NCBI GenBank assembly: GCA_010405405.1
Contig: MU004232.1
Span: forward strand, 2,313,481 to 2,377,480
From: Microthyrium microscopicum
Lineage: Eukaryota
Reading direction: 5' to 3'
DNA: 64,000 nt
The position numbers were made by a program, and so were the translations under genes. A model generated the notes under the pieces. The model ran no database searches. It was not told the DNA's origin and saw only the letters and a program-made list of their open reading frames with translations. Within the stretch, counting starts at the first letter, position 1, and the number at the start of each line of letters is the position of its first letter. Of the stretch, positions 1 through 11,235 are shown in pieces.

Positions 1-33
1 AACGCCCTATGACCAGTAACAAGCCCGAAAAGT

Positions 34-2975
34 ATATAAGTAAGCAGCAGGCCCCAGCCTCTCGTCAGTCGTCCAAATTCTCACTTTCATCCTCCTCTCA
101 ATCTTCTTCTTCCATCTCCTCGTCCATCCACCGCAACACAACATCCATTCTTACATCTTTGTTCCATCCTTAGGCGTATCTTTCAGAGTCATTCTATCGC
201 CTCTGGCACTTTTCGAGAAGAAAGTAAGTCGTTCTGACAGCTTCCCGCTCCGAAATCCATTTCTCACATCAGTTTTTCACTGTACATCCATCAAAACACA
301 TGAATATCCTCATTGCTTTGATCCCCATCACTGTTTATACTTTCCATCATCAATGCTGCTAAGCTCGCCATGCTACGGCTTATTGAAGCTGTCTGCATGT
401 GCAGCTCATTGTCATAGTCGTCATCAATCCCTTGGGCTTTGATTTCTGCTACTCAGCATCCATCAATCAGCACAATCAACACCATTACCCCATTTCCAAA
501 CTACCCCATTATCAATAATGATTTTCATTCTCATCTACGGCAGTACACCGTATGTTATGACTTCTCAGAGCTATTCGCAATGAGTTCCTTGCGTTCTCCG
601 CTGAAACCCTCATTTCACGCTCCACCTCCACCTCCTAAGCACCACCCCGAAGCCATTCCACATCACAAACAAGCTACTTATATACCTATCAGTCCTCAAC
701 AGCAGCTGTTGAGTGACTTTGAGCCAATTGTGGCTCAATCGGGTTGCTTATGGTGGATTTGTTGTTTTGCGAGGCTGCAGTGTTGCCAGTCTACCCCTAT
801 TCCACTCGAGCTTGCATTGCACATACCATTCCTTACTTTGCCAGTCTTATTATTTGTGTATAGACGATGCTAACTTCGCTCTTCTCAGTATTGTTCAACT
901 CAATCATCCTCTTCCTCAACAGGAAGCCCTTGTGGCCTCCTTGCGATCCACCGTGCGGCGTGGACAAGGAGGCCACAAAAACAAAGCTGGGTCTAGAGTG
1001 CGGACATATTCGACGGTTGGTATCTCTCTCGTGTGCTCAACGTGTTGACTGACAGATGCTGTAGATAATAGAGTCACCGTCGATTCGGCGGTGGTATAGA
1101 GCACCCTAATCGTGGAACCAGCCATGGTAAGTGTCACATCGCAGTTTAATTATTGGACAAGTCTAACTTGAACTGCTGGTAGATGCTTTCTGGTATAACA
1201 GTCCCTGGAGATCTGGCTTTCAGTACCTGTGGCATCTGATCCAGAAGTTCGTGTGTTCTGCCTGGTGGTGGAAAAGCCCTTCGATCATATCGACATTGTC
1301 GGTGTGTCGGCTCAATTTCTTAGGCTGGTCCATACCTCCACACCAGCATGGACCAGCTTATCTTTCCGGGACCATGATATCCATGATGGGTCTGGCTTTC
1401 AGTACCTGTGGCATCTGATCCAGAAGTTCGTGTGTTCTGCCTGGTGGTGGAAAAGCCCTTCGATCATATCGACATTGTCGGTGTGTCGGCTCAATTTCTT
1501 AGGCTGGTCCATACCTCCACACCAGCATGGACCAGCTTATCTTTCCGGGACCATGATATCCATGATGGGTCTGGCTTTTAGTACCTATGGCATCTGATCC
1601 AGAAGTTCGTGTGTTCTGCGTGGTGGTAGAAAAGCTCTTCGATCATATCGACATTGTCAGTGTGTCGGCTCAATTTCTTAGGCTAGTCTATACCTCCACA
1701 CCAGCATGGACTAGCTTATCTTTCTGGGACCATGATATCCATGATGGGTCTTTCTTTCTGTAAGTTTGACTCTTCTGGAGTTTGAATCCTTCTGCAACTC
1801 ACACTTGATAGACTATGTCTGCCACTTTAGCAAAACAACACGGTGGATCTGGCTGATTGAATACACTAGCCGCATGGCTTTGGATCCGCTCTCCATTCAA
1901 TCTGCAACAGGATGAAACTACTCTGCTAGATGGCAATCCACTCTGAGGTGACAAACCAAGCAGGATTATCTCCGTCGCTGGGCTCTAATTTATCACTCAT
2001 TCCGCCAGACATCGATACTGAAAGCAAGAGACCTTTGTCTTCAGTCGGGTTTCTTACGCCTCTCACCGCCACCTCTCGCCGCACTTCTAGTTCAATCCAT
2101 TGCTTTCGTTAGAGCCAGTGAGAGCTCAATTGGAAAGAGTGAGGAGGATTGACTACGGTTTGGGCTCACTGGATAGCGTCATGGCCAGCTCGTGCTTCTG
2201 ATTCTATTTCAGCTTGGTGGTGTGTCATATCGCCAACTTTTACAATCTCAATTCATCGTCAAGAAACAAACCTACTTCTAATCTTTTGAGTGAGTCTGCT
2301 TCAACAGCGGCCAAATAAACGTTCCTGGCCACTGCACCCTGCCCACACCGGTAGGCCTCGATATTCCCGCCCTTGGGCCCACAAGATTACAATACTAACT
2401 TCGCATTCAGTTAGCCACGTCCGCCGCGTGTACCGTCTCGTTCATTACAGTAATTAACACATCTGTTTTACACAAAACTCGGTCCGCTCGAAGCCCCCTC
2501 TCGCCATATGACTATTCCCGACGCTCACACTTTGTGGCTCTGGCTGCTGTCGAAGCAGATACTCTGGTGGCAACTGCAGCACTAGTTTGGTCTTTATACC
2601 CCCAAATCATCCGCACGGGTCATGTCATGTTCGCGACCTGTTCCAACCATGGCCAGGTAAGTAAATACCAATATGATGCATCATCACATGCACAAACGAT
2701 GGAAATGCTAACTTCATCAAAGCTGGATTCGGGCGCGAGAAGCAACAGAGAAGCGACTTTGGGCTACAGTTTCAGTTTGCCAGTGTTCAATCAGCATTGG
2801 ATCATTATTGCAGAGCTAGATGAGGATGGCATCAAACAAAAACGACAACGACTTTTAGGTGCTGGTGCCGCCGCCACTAATACGCCCTGCCATCAGAACC
2901 CACTAGCTCTCAAATACCACTGGCGGGGGAGTTATGTAGGCTTTGGTCATGGTGCCTGCTGCTTACTGCTTTAAA
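34..2975 (+). other. Putative multi-exon transcription unit with no coherent ORF (lncRNA or decayed orphan gene)
   Basis: TATATAAG at ~34 followed by a CT-rich leader; GTAAGT donors at ~224, ~1127, ~1760, ~2657; branch/acceptor signals ending ~888, ~1063, ~1182, ~2410, ~2723. No long spliced frame could be assembled by eye. Confidence 0.35.
1212..1750. repeat. Tandem triplication of a 179-bp unit
   Basis: Units start at 1212, 1391 and 1570 (TCTGGCTTTYAGTACC...). Copies 1 and 2 are identical; copy 3 differs mostly by C>T/G>A changes. Confidence 0.95.
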
Positions 2976-3807
2976 CAGCGTCAAGGATTTTGGTGGAGTG
3001 TGTTTTAGACTCATACCCTGCTTGGTGTTGTGTCGTTCGGATTTGGTCCTGGTGCTAATGGCTGCACATGCCGAGCCGAAAGCACAAGGAGGAGGAGGAG
3101 AGGAGAGCACGAAGAAGTCGCACTTCTACGTAGTTCACTGAGAATCATGAATGCCTCACCAGCATCAAGTCTCGAGCAGATCCCAAACACTACGATCAAA
3201 GAAGTGATTGGCTCCACTGGAGATTGGTTTATATTCAGTTTGGTATTGTGTCATTCAAGTCAAGCATGGCTGAGTAGTGTATAGCACATCAATACAAAGT
3301 TGTGTCTTGAAATAGCTCTGTGTCGTCTGATCGTGACAAACTCCGCCATATATTTCGTAACAGATAACTCAATTTTCATCACTAAATGACGAAAATGGTA
3401 CCATTCGAAAGCTGAAATTCACGAAAATACGCCCATTGTACTTTCCGAAAGAGTAAGGAGCGGGTGGTTGCTCAGGTGAGCTTTCAAGGCTGGAAGGCAC
3501 GAAGGTTGAGCCCACAACACAACACCTTATTTTGTCGCCCACGAACTTCGACTCTTCCTCTTCCCCTCTCTCCAAGCACAACACCAATTGTAAGACTATC
3601 CCCTTCCTTTCATACCCAAATCAATTGGCGTGGAGGAATGTGCCATGCAAGACAGTAGCAGTCACTGTCTAGCATCTACACTATCCCCTCGCCGCTTTGA
3701 TATCACAATTCTAAGCACTTGCGACCCTATCTTCCTCCCATAGACACCCAGAACACACCAAACATGTGTCTCTTTGAGCAATTACTAACATCCCAAAGCA
3801 GTAAAAA

Positions 3808-4092
3808 ATGGCAGACCTACCAATTGCGATGAGGTACTTGATTCCCGACTACATTGCGTGGGTGATAGTCACCGAGACCGAGCCGGCCGAGGAAGCCCCA
3901 CCACCACCGCCGAGTCCTCCTGCCAACACTGGTGGACGTCGGGGTGCTGTTGGCTTGCCCATCGCCCCTGACTTCACTAGGGTGGAGAGGGCGAGGCTCT
4001 GGTGGCGGCGGGTGAGGTGGGCGGCGGGGAGCAGAGTGGAGAGAGCGGTGGAGAGAGCGGTGGAGAGAGTGAGAGAGCGGGTGCGGCGATAG
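3808..4092 (+). CDS. Small hypothetical Pro/Arg-rich protein (94 aa)
   Basis: AAAAATGG start context immediately after a CTAAC...CAG acceptor (possible 5'UTR intron ~3590-3801); VERA x3 repeat. No recognisable homology. Confidence 0.35.
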   Translation: MADLPIAMRYLIPDYIAWVIVTETEPAEEAPPPPPSPPANTGGRRGAVGLPIAPDFTRVERARLWWRRVRWAAGSRVERAVERAVERVRERVRR

Positions 4093-4212
4093 TGTATGGT
4101 ATGTTCTACTGGTCGTTATGGAAAGAGAAGACTCTATATAACTCACAGCTGTGGGAAGAGGGTATTGAAATGAGATGTGAATATCGCTAACAAAACGCGC
4201 AGTATTACCCCC

Positions 4213-5160
4213 TTAACCAACCCATTGCGTTCTTTCATCACGCACTTCCTCATCAAAGTCATGCCATTTGATGCCTTCCTTTTCCTCCCGAATCATCTGC
4301 CGTTTGAGGCGAGCACTCCAGTACTGCTCTAGACTCAAGTCCTCTCTCTTCCCTTCTGTCATCAATTGTAGCACAATCTGCACATCATTTGATGACTCCC
4401 CAAAGCCCACGAATCCCTGTTGCACTGGCTCGTCTCTTGAAGTACCATCCGCTGACTTGACACCAGGAATACTGACACAAACCCAACCGGTACGTATCCC
4501 ATCATCCATATCAGGCGTTTCTGCCGAGCCCACATGCGCCATAATTCTCAATTTCTTTGCCCGTCTTCTCAACTTGAGCTTCAACTCTCCCCTACCCAAC
4601 AATCCATCCGCTCTGGGCCGCAGCTTATGCTGGCTACGCAACCATCTACACGCACGATCGGCTGACACATGTAGATGTTTTTCACCCCGCGCAGTGCCAA
4701 AAGCCATGATGACGTTGGAGCCGAGGGCAGCTGGCGGGTCCAGTTGTCTGAGGTCCACCAACGTTAGGTAATCCATCCCAAGATCTGTCGAGATGTATTC
4801 TAACAATGGCTCTAGTAATGGCGGCGGGTCTTGTGGAAGAGTCGGTATTTGTTGCCTGGCCACTACGTGGTCGGGCTGTTCAGGTTTCGTCGTGGTAAGT
4901 TGATCCTGCAAGTACCATGGAATGGATGGTGCTGTTTGTGCTGTTGTGGCTGGTTTTGATACCTGGATTTCCTCGACAATGTCTGTTCCCAGGTCTTCAA
5001 GTCGTTGCAATGGATCCTGGAATTGGTTTTTCACTGGTTCCTGGCTCTTTTGGCGATATGCTGGACGCGCTCTTGGATACCATGCTGGGCTGGTACTTGA
5101 GATAAAGCGCTGTTGCCGGAAGTTTCGACATATACTTCTTACTGGACCCGAAAAGGACAT
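4213..5160 (-). CDS. ATP25: Mitochondrial ATP25, N-terminal RsfS/Iojap-like domain only (315 aa)
   Basis: Arg/Ser-rich presequence; IPWYLQ, DLRQLDPPAALGSN, GTARGEKHLHVSADR, ADGLLGRGELKLKLRR and DDGIRTGWVCV match fungal Atp25. Confidence 0.88.
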   Translation of the reverse strand: MSFSGPVRSICRNFRQQRFISSTSPAWYPRARPAYRQKSQEPVKNQFQDPLQRLEDLGTDIVEEIQVSKPATTAQTAPSIPWYLQDQLTTTKPEQPDHVVARQQIPTLPQDPPPLLEPLLEYISTDLGMDYLTLVDLRQLDPPAALGSNVIMAFGTARGEKHLHVSADRACRWLRSQHKLRPRADGLLGRGELKLKLRRRAKKLRIMAHVGSAETPDMDDGIRTGWVCVSIPGVKSADGTSRDEPVQQGFVGFGESSNDVQIVLQLMTEGKREDLSLEQYWSARLKRQMIREEKEGIKWHDFDEEVRDERTQWVG

Positions 5161-5516
5161 TTCTCCGGATGACAGTGGTTGGTAATGGTTGATACTATCA
5201 ACTCTTCTGGCAATGATGACAGCTGCAACTAGCCTGCAAGAGACAGGAGGTTAAAAAAAGTTCCAAAACCCCGGTTGCACTAGCCACCGCTAAAAGTCAG
5301 CACCAGCCACAGCAGCAACAGCAGCCACAACGCCAGCAATGCACCTGCCCCTCATCACCTCTGGTTCTTTCCATATTTTTTATTTTGGATTTCAAAGCTA
5401 ACTTCGCTCTTTCCAGTATTCAGTATCGCCAATCCCCTCTTTCCCTCTCCCACTTCTCTCTACCCTCTGTAAAACACCATTCGCCCACCCATTTTTTGTA
5501 ACAACAACTTCTCATC

Positions 5517-7037
5517 ATGGAAATCGACTCGGGCGTCATCGCCATCCCGGCCGCGCAGGCCAACACCATCGCCACCATCCTTTGCTGCAATTGCGGCGTC
5601 CCAATCGACGGGCAAACCGCCGCGGGGGCACTCTGTACTGAGTGCCTCAAACTCACCGTAGACGCTTCTCAAGGCATCCAGAGGGAGGTGATCCTCCACA
5701 CATGTGGGGATTGCGACCGATGGCATGCGCCGCCTACGTCGTGGTTGGTTTGCCAGCCAGAGTCAAGAGAACTGCTTGCTCTGTGCCTAAAGAGGCTGAA
5801 AGGTCTTTCCAAAGTCAGAATCATCGATGCATCATTTATCTGGACCGAACCCCATTCCCGCCGTATCAAAGTCAAAATCACAGTCCAACAAGAGGCTTTT
5901 CAAGACACTATCGTCCAGCAATCCTTCGAAGTCGAATACATCGTCCACAACCAACAATGCACCGATTGCAAAAAATCATACACACATCACACATGGCGCG
6001 CATGCGTCCAAGTCCGACAAAAAGTGCCACATAAGCGTACCTTTCTCTATCTTGAACAACTCATCCTCAAGCATGGAGCTCATTCAGACACTATCAACAT
6101 CAAGGAAGTTCATGATGGCATTGACTTCTACTTCGCCCATCGAAATCAGGCTGAAAAATTCACCGATTTCCTATCATCTGTCACACCAGTCATCACCAAG
6201 AAGAGTCAAGAATTGATCTCTCACGATGTACACACCTCCACGAAACAGTACAAATTCACCTTTTCCGCAGAAATTGTACCAATCTGCAAAGACGACCTAG
6301 TCGCACTACCTATCAAGCTCGCTAAATCAGCCGGCAATATCTCTCCACTTGTGCTCTGCTACCGCATCGGCACTTCCGTTAACGTCATGGACCCGACTAC
6401 TCTACAAACCGCCGAAATCTCATCCAAGCAATTCTGGCACACACCTTTCATGCCACTAGCAGACGTCCAAGAGCTTCAGGAATTCATTGTTCTCGACATC
6501 GAGCCAATTGGCGTATCAAAAGGCCACTCTGTCCTAGCCGATGCCACCATTTCACCTGCCTCTGACTTCAACAAAACTTACACCGTCCGCACCCATCTCG
6601 GTGCCGTTCTTCATCCAGGCGATTCTGCACTCGGCTTCCATCTCAGCGGTAGCAACTTCAACAACCCACAATTCGAAGCCCTCGAGCTGAGTAGACAATA
6701 CGCCTCCACCATTCCCGATGTTGTTCTCGTCAAGAAACACTATCAACGCAGCCAGAAGAAACGCAAGAACCGAACCTGGCGTCTTAAGCGCCTCGCTCAG
6801 GAAGAAAGTGATATGGCGCCTCGCAAACAAGAACAAGAGAAACTTGAGCGTGATTATGAGATGTTCTTACGTGATGTCGAAGAAGATACTGAGTTACGTG
6901 CCGGTCTCAATCTCTACAAGCAGCAGAGACAGCAGGATGAGATGGATCTCGAGAGCTCGATGGGCGATGATGAAGGATTGAAGGTACCATTGGAGGAGTT
7001 GATGGACGAGTTTGACGAAATGACTATCAAAGAATAG
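5517..7037 (+). CDS. NMD3: 60S ribosomal export adaptor Nmd3 (506 aa, intronless)
   Basis: N-terminal CxxC zinc knuckles, WTEPHSRRIKVK, VQVRQKVPHKRTFLYLEQLILKH, acidic C-terminus with NES-like LEELMDEF. Confidence 0.97.
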   Translation: MEIDSGVIAIPAAQANTIATILCCNCGVPIDGQTAAGALCTECLKLTVDASQGIQREVILHTCGDCDRWHAPPTSWLVCQPESRELLALCLKRLKGLSKVRIIDASFIWTEPHSRRIKVKITVQQEAFQDTIVQQSFEVEYIVHNQQCTDCKKSYTHHTWRACVQVRQKVPHKRTFLYLEQLILKHGAHSDTINIKEVHDGIDFYFAHRNQAEKFTDFLSSVTPVITKKSQELISHDVHTSTKQYKFTFSAEIVPICKDDLVALPIKLAKSAGNISPLVLCYRIGTSVNVMDPTTLQTAEISSKQFWHTPFMPLADVQELQEFIVLDIEPIGVSKGHSVLADATISPASDFNKTYTVRTHLGAVLHPGDSALGFHLSGSNFNNPQFEALELSRQYASTIPDVVLVKKHYQRSQKKRKNRTWRLKRLAQEESDMAPRKQEQEKLERDYEMFLRDVEEDTELRAGLNLYKQQRQQDEMDLESSMGDDEGLKVPLEELMDEFDEMTIKE

Positions 7038-8328
7038 TCGGGATTTGTTATTTTTGTACGATTATGCATTCAAAAAGGGGATCACGGATTAAGCATCATT
7101 ATGCATTAGGATTGCGAAATATCATTTCTGGCAGCATGCCAGCCTATCATCTACATTCTTTACGTTCCATATTCACTGTGCATTATACTTTTATTTTTGG
7201 AACGAAACCTTTTTCATTAGATGTTTTCTGGCTTGAAGGCCTTTTCTATCTTCTATAGCTTGCAGGCTACTTGTCTTTCTCCTCATCTCCCACCTCTCTT
7301 CCCTCCTACAGCCCTTACTTACCACACCCTATGGCCCCCTACTCACCGTTTAACCGCCACTTTCCGCAACGAGCAGCCTTGACGGCACGTTCTTCGTTGC
7401 GGCGAGTGGTTGAGCCCTTGATGTAAGCTTTTGCTTCGCGGCGTTTGCGGTCGCGAGTGATGATGAGGCTTTTGATTTGGCGGCCGGTTAGCTCGCTGTT
7501 GGCCATGAGGCAGCTAAGGCATGAAGCGCTGTTGGCTGGCAGTGGATTGGTTGAAGGTTGGCTGGTAGGTTTGTGTGTTTGGCTGTTTAGGTGCTTGGGG
7601 TTGGTTGTGTTGGATTGTTGGGTTGTTTTGTGCGAGTGGTGGATGAGATGCATGGTTTGGGGATGTGAGGAGGGGTGTTATGTGTATTCTGGGCATGGTA
7701 ATAGTGTTTTTGTTTGGGGATGAGGAAAGAAATGGTGAGAGAGGGAGGCAATGGGAGTATAGGGGTTGTTGGGGGACGATGGTTTTGGTGGTGAGAAGTA
7801 TGGTATGGTCACTGAAGTTTATTTGGAGAACAAGGCAGTATTTCTGTAATATTCGAACATGAAAGAATCTGTCACTGAATTCTATCTTAATGATTTTGCG
7901 ATTTGGTATGGATCAGATGCCATTGTACAATTGATGAGTAGTATGTCAGAGACTAGCCTGAGTAGAGCCAGGCTGGTATACAGTCGCCAAATATGGAATA
8001 GACTACCAGGTAGAAATTTGATAGTTCTCTATTACTTAAATGAGTCTAAGCTGCTACAGAGTTTTTCTTAAGAATATAATGGGCTATTACTGCTCTTTTT
8101 CGTAAAGACATTTGGGTACTATGTACCAATACATCCTATGTTTGAATATTTACCTCCTGATTAGGCTCAGTCTATTTCATATTCTCTAAACAAGGAACCC
8201 TTTCAATCCGTAATAAATCTGGCCAGACATTTTTATAGGAACACAGGAACCTCCTATATGACCTTTTGCTACATCCTGTTGATTACCCCCTAAACTTTCA
8301 TTAGGCTTTGGCCCAAAACTAACAAAGC

Positions 8329-9510
8329 CTACCACGCACAGCCACCATACGAGACATACGATGGACGCTCACAATGAAGATTCTTAGTAGCAGCGGTACA
8401 GGGCTGTAGGAATCTCGCCTCATTCATCTGCAATCTCTCTTCCAGCACTTCCTCCTCCTGAAGTCGTTTATTCTTCTCTAGGATGGCTTTGAACTCTGCA
8501 AAATAAGCCTTCGTCTGATCAATCGCTTCCACAGCTTGCTCTCCCACTATCTCAACAACTTTCTCTGGTTCCGGGCTACTCGTCCTAGACCGATCAGGTG
8601 TTTCACTCCATTCACTATTATGAGCAGAGTCAGTCGCGTCCCATCGCGTCTTTCGTCTTCGTAGTGCCAAATCATCCACTATACATTTGCGTCGCTGTTC
8701 TTTGAGATGTGCAAAATGCTCACTGACCAACTCATCGCGCAAATCACGTTGCAAACGGGCTTTCCCGGCAGCTCGTTCGGCTAAGAAGGAATCTCGCCAG
8801 TTACACACGCGATCGAGATCATCAAGGCTGTGATCATCCGAGGTGATGCGTCTGCGCTTAGATGTGAACGAGCTGTGGATGCGTTTGATGGTAGAACGGA
8901 GGGTATCTGTTATGTGCCGAACGGGGATAATGTGAGAGAGAAGGACAACTATGGAGGATATGATCGGGATTGGAGTCGCGTCAAGGATGAATATTGCAGT
9001 GGATGTAATAGGAGCAAGGATCCACTGCCAGTTGGTCGGAATCCAGACAATGTCTTTTGGAGATGATGGGGAGTTGTTTGAGGCTTGGGGGCGTGATGAA
9101 GTGGTTACGGTCCAGTCAGTGTCGGTATCATCATCGCTTGTTGGTGGTGAAGATTCTTTGAAAGGGTTCCTGGAGAATAAAGACGACTTCACAAGGGGCT
9201 CTTGAGCTAAAGTCGGCAACTTCGACTCCGAGCTGTTGGAACGAGCATTTTTGGCAGATTTTGCTTGAAGACGTTCAGTATGCTTGAGCCATGCTAAACC
9301 AAGAACTCCAACAACTGCTACACCAGCGACGACTTTGCCTTTAGAAGCCAGTAACTTGTCTATAAGGCTAGGAGAAGGCAGAGCTTTGGGTGCGCAAGGA
9401 AATGCGCATTGAGATGGGCGAAGCCGCCAGTTAGCCAAGTTCACTGAAGTAGTACACGGCTTCCGCATAGATGTAAGCTGAGATAGCTGCACAAATGGTG
9501 TTGAAGGCAT
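8329..9510 (-). CDS. Hypothetical protein with 1-2 hydrophobic segments and coiled-coil C-terminus
   Basis: ~393-codon open frame from ATG 9510; TM-like VVAGVAVVGVLGLAWL. No family recognised. Confidence 0.6.
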   Translation of the reverse strand: MPSTPFVQLSQLTSMRKPCTTSVNLANWRLRPSQCAFPCAPKALPSPSLIDKLLASKGKVVAGVAVVGVLGLAWLKHTERLQAKSAKNARSNSSESKLPTLAQEPLVKSSLFSRNPFKESSPPTSDDDTDTDWTVTTSSRPQASNNSPSSPKDIVWIPTNWQWILAPITSTAIFILDATPIPIISSIVVLLSHIIPVRHITDTLRSTIKRIHSSFTSKRRRITSDDHSLDDLDRVCNWRDSFLAERAAGKARLQRDLRDELVSEHFAHLKEQRRKCIVDDLALRRRKTRWDATDSAHNSEWSETPDRSRTSSPEPEKVVEIVGEQAVEAIDQTKAYFAEFKAILEKNKRLQEEEVLEERLQMNEARFLQPCTAATKNLHCERPSYVSYGGCAW

Positions 9511-9854
9511 AGTGATGGCGGTTCGTATCACAGTCTAGTTTTTGCAGTGTCAACTTTTTGTACTCTAGTCAACTCGCTGAGCTATTCTGACAGATATCCA
9601 TGAGGTAGGTATAGAATGGGAACAATGTTATTGTGTTGCAGAAATTCAAACACATTGAAAGGTAATAACGCTGCTAAGAATACAAAGAATTCACATGGTT
9701 ATCAAGTTGAAAGTGGTTGTTTGGAAATAAAGAAACTTCTATTAAGATAAGAATAGAGTCGGTGCAACAGGCACCAGTTTTCAAGATCTCTACCTTCTAT
9801 TTGTTTTGTGTTTTGCCTCTTTATAGTTCGGGCAGAACTCATCCTTGAATTGAC

Positions 9855-10226
9855 TCAGTTGGCTCTGTGAGCTCTCTGAGGACGCTGAACATCCCGCACC
9901 CGATCATTGACGAAAATGTTCGAGAGCCGTTCGAGTCGCTCTGCGTCCTGTTTGGAGTAGGCTTTGGGGATTTCAGGGGCAAACATCTGCTTCTTCTTGG
10001 TCTGAAGCTCGATAGCTCGAGCTTCAACGTCGATGTGCTTTCTGGGCCGGATGCAGCTCCAGAAGACCACGCCGATGATTGCTACAATAGCGAAGGCCAC
10101 TATGATCCAGATCGGCGTCATAATGGCCTTGGGAATTGGTGGGTCGGTTGAACCGGTCTGAGCTGTGGCTGAAATGTTAGCCATGTGCTCGGTGGTGTCA
10201 AAGCCACTTACTGTGAAGTTATACAT
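9855..10226 (-). CDS. Small single-pass membrane protein (hypothetical)
   Basis: ATG 10226 (MYNFT), Ser/Thr-rich N-terminus, TM helix IWIIVAFAIVAIIGVVFWSCI followed by basic RPRKH. Confidence 0.6.
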   Translation of the reverse strand: MYNFTVSGFDTTEHMANISATAQTGSTDPPIPKAIMTPIWIIVAFAIVAIIGVVFWSCIRPRKHIDVEARAIELQTKKKQMFAPEIPKAYSKQDAERLERLSNIFVNDRVRDVQRPQRAHRAN

Positions 10227-11235
10227 TTCAGGAGTTGTGCTGTGTATTGACGTTGTGTTTTGAGTATGTGCTCGGCTTCGTATGTTAAGGGGCTGAGAAC
10301 AGGCTTCTGCTTTTGGAGATCCAAGGATAAAATCACTATACACCTGAGGTTCGAGTACTATAAATATTTTCGAGGTTTGTATCACAAAAAGAGACTGTGT
10401 GGTGTATAAAAGAGATTGAAGGCTTTACCAATGCCATTGTCCACTCAGGTTGTGTGTTGAAGCTGAAAGAAGAATAACATATCAATGCCCTTGTCTTGAG
10501 AACTATGACCTAGGAACAAAGACCAAAATTTCTTTGTCGTTAGTCAAAATGGTGATCCTGTCTCATGTCTCAAACCAGCCACTTAGATGGGTTAATTCAA
10601 TATTTGCATTACTGAGGTTTTTGATATACAGATGAAGATATCTATTCTGATCTACTGAGCTTGGGATATCATTAGAGAATGTTTATCCGCCAGTCTTCGC
10701 TCCAGAGAACCTCACAGAAATCAATTGTTGCCCTCAAATCTTTTGAAATGGGATTTTTTCTAAAACGGCTTTGACGGTACTTTTTCTCGCAACAAAACAA
10801 AAATGTTGCTTCACTTGCTGGAAGAGAGTGGTGATATTGCAGTTGGGTGGTTGAAGTCGGCTCGCTGCATTGTTTACAAATTCAAAATGCGTCAGGGGTA
10901 AAAAGGGGCTTCTCCGTCACAACTCCCTTACCAAAAATCGACTTTAGAGCGCATGCTCACAAGCTCTTCACGTCTGCGCAGGACCCCAGGTGATATGGGA
11001 GTGAATTACTCCTGTTAGAAGATATGAAATTGGGCACCAAAAATTTAGGCAATAAATTGAAAGGACTTTTTCTATTGTTTAACGTGACAACGACCAAGAC
11101 ACAGTGATTGACGGGCACGAGACGAGAGACTACGATGATACATATTTGTTATGTTGCGTTTGAAGGAATTCCGGCTTATACTATTAACTTACCATTTTGT
11201 GAGTTGAGGCTTTTGACGGCCATTCTAAATGAGGC

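Noticed and set aside
1212..1750. CRISPR-like array
   Set aside because: Eukaryotic context; contiguous 179-bp units with no unique spacers.
7339..7696. Small basic ORF(s) convergent with NMD3
   Set aside because: Competing short frames and no homology; cannot choose a model.
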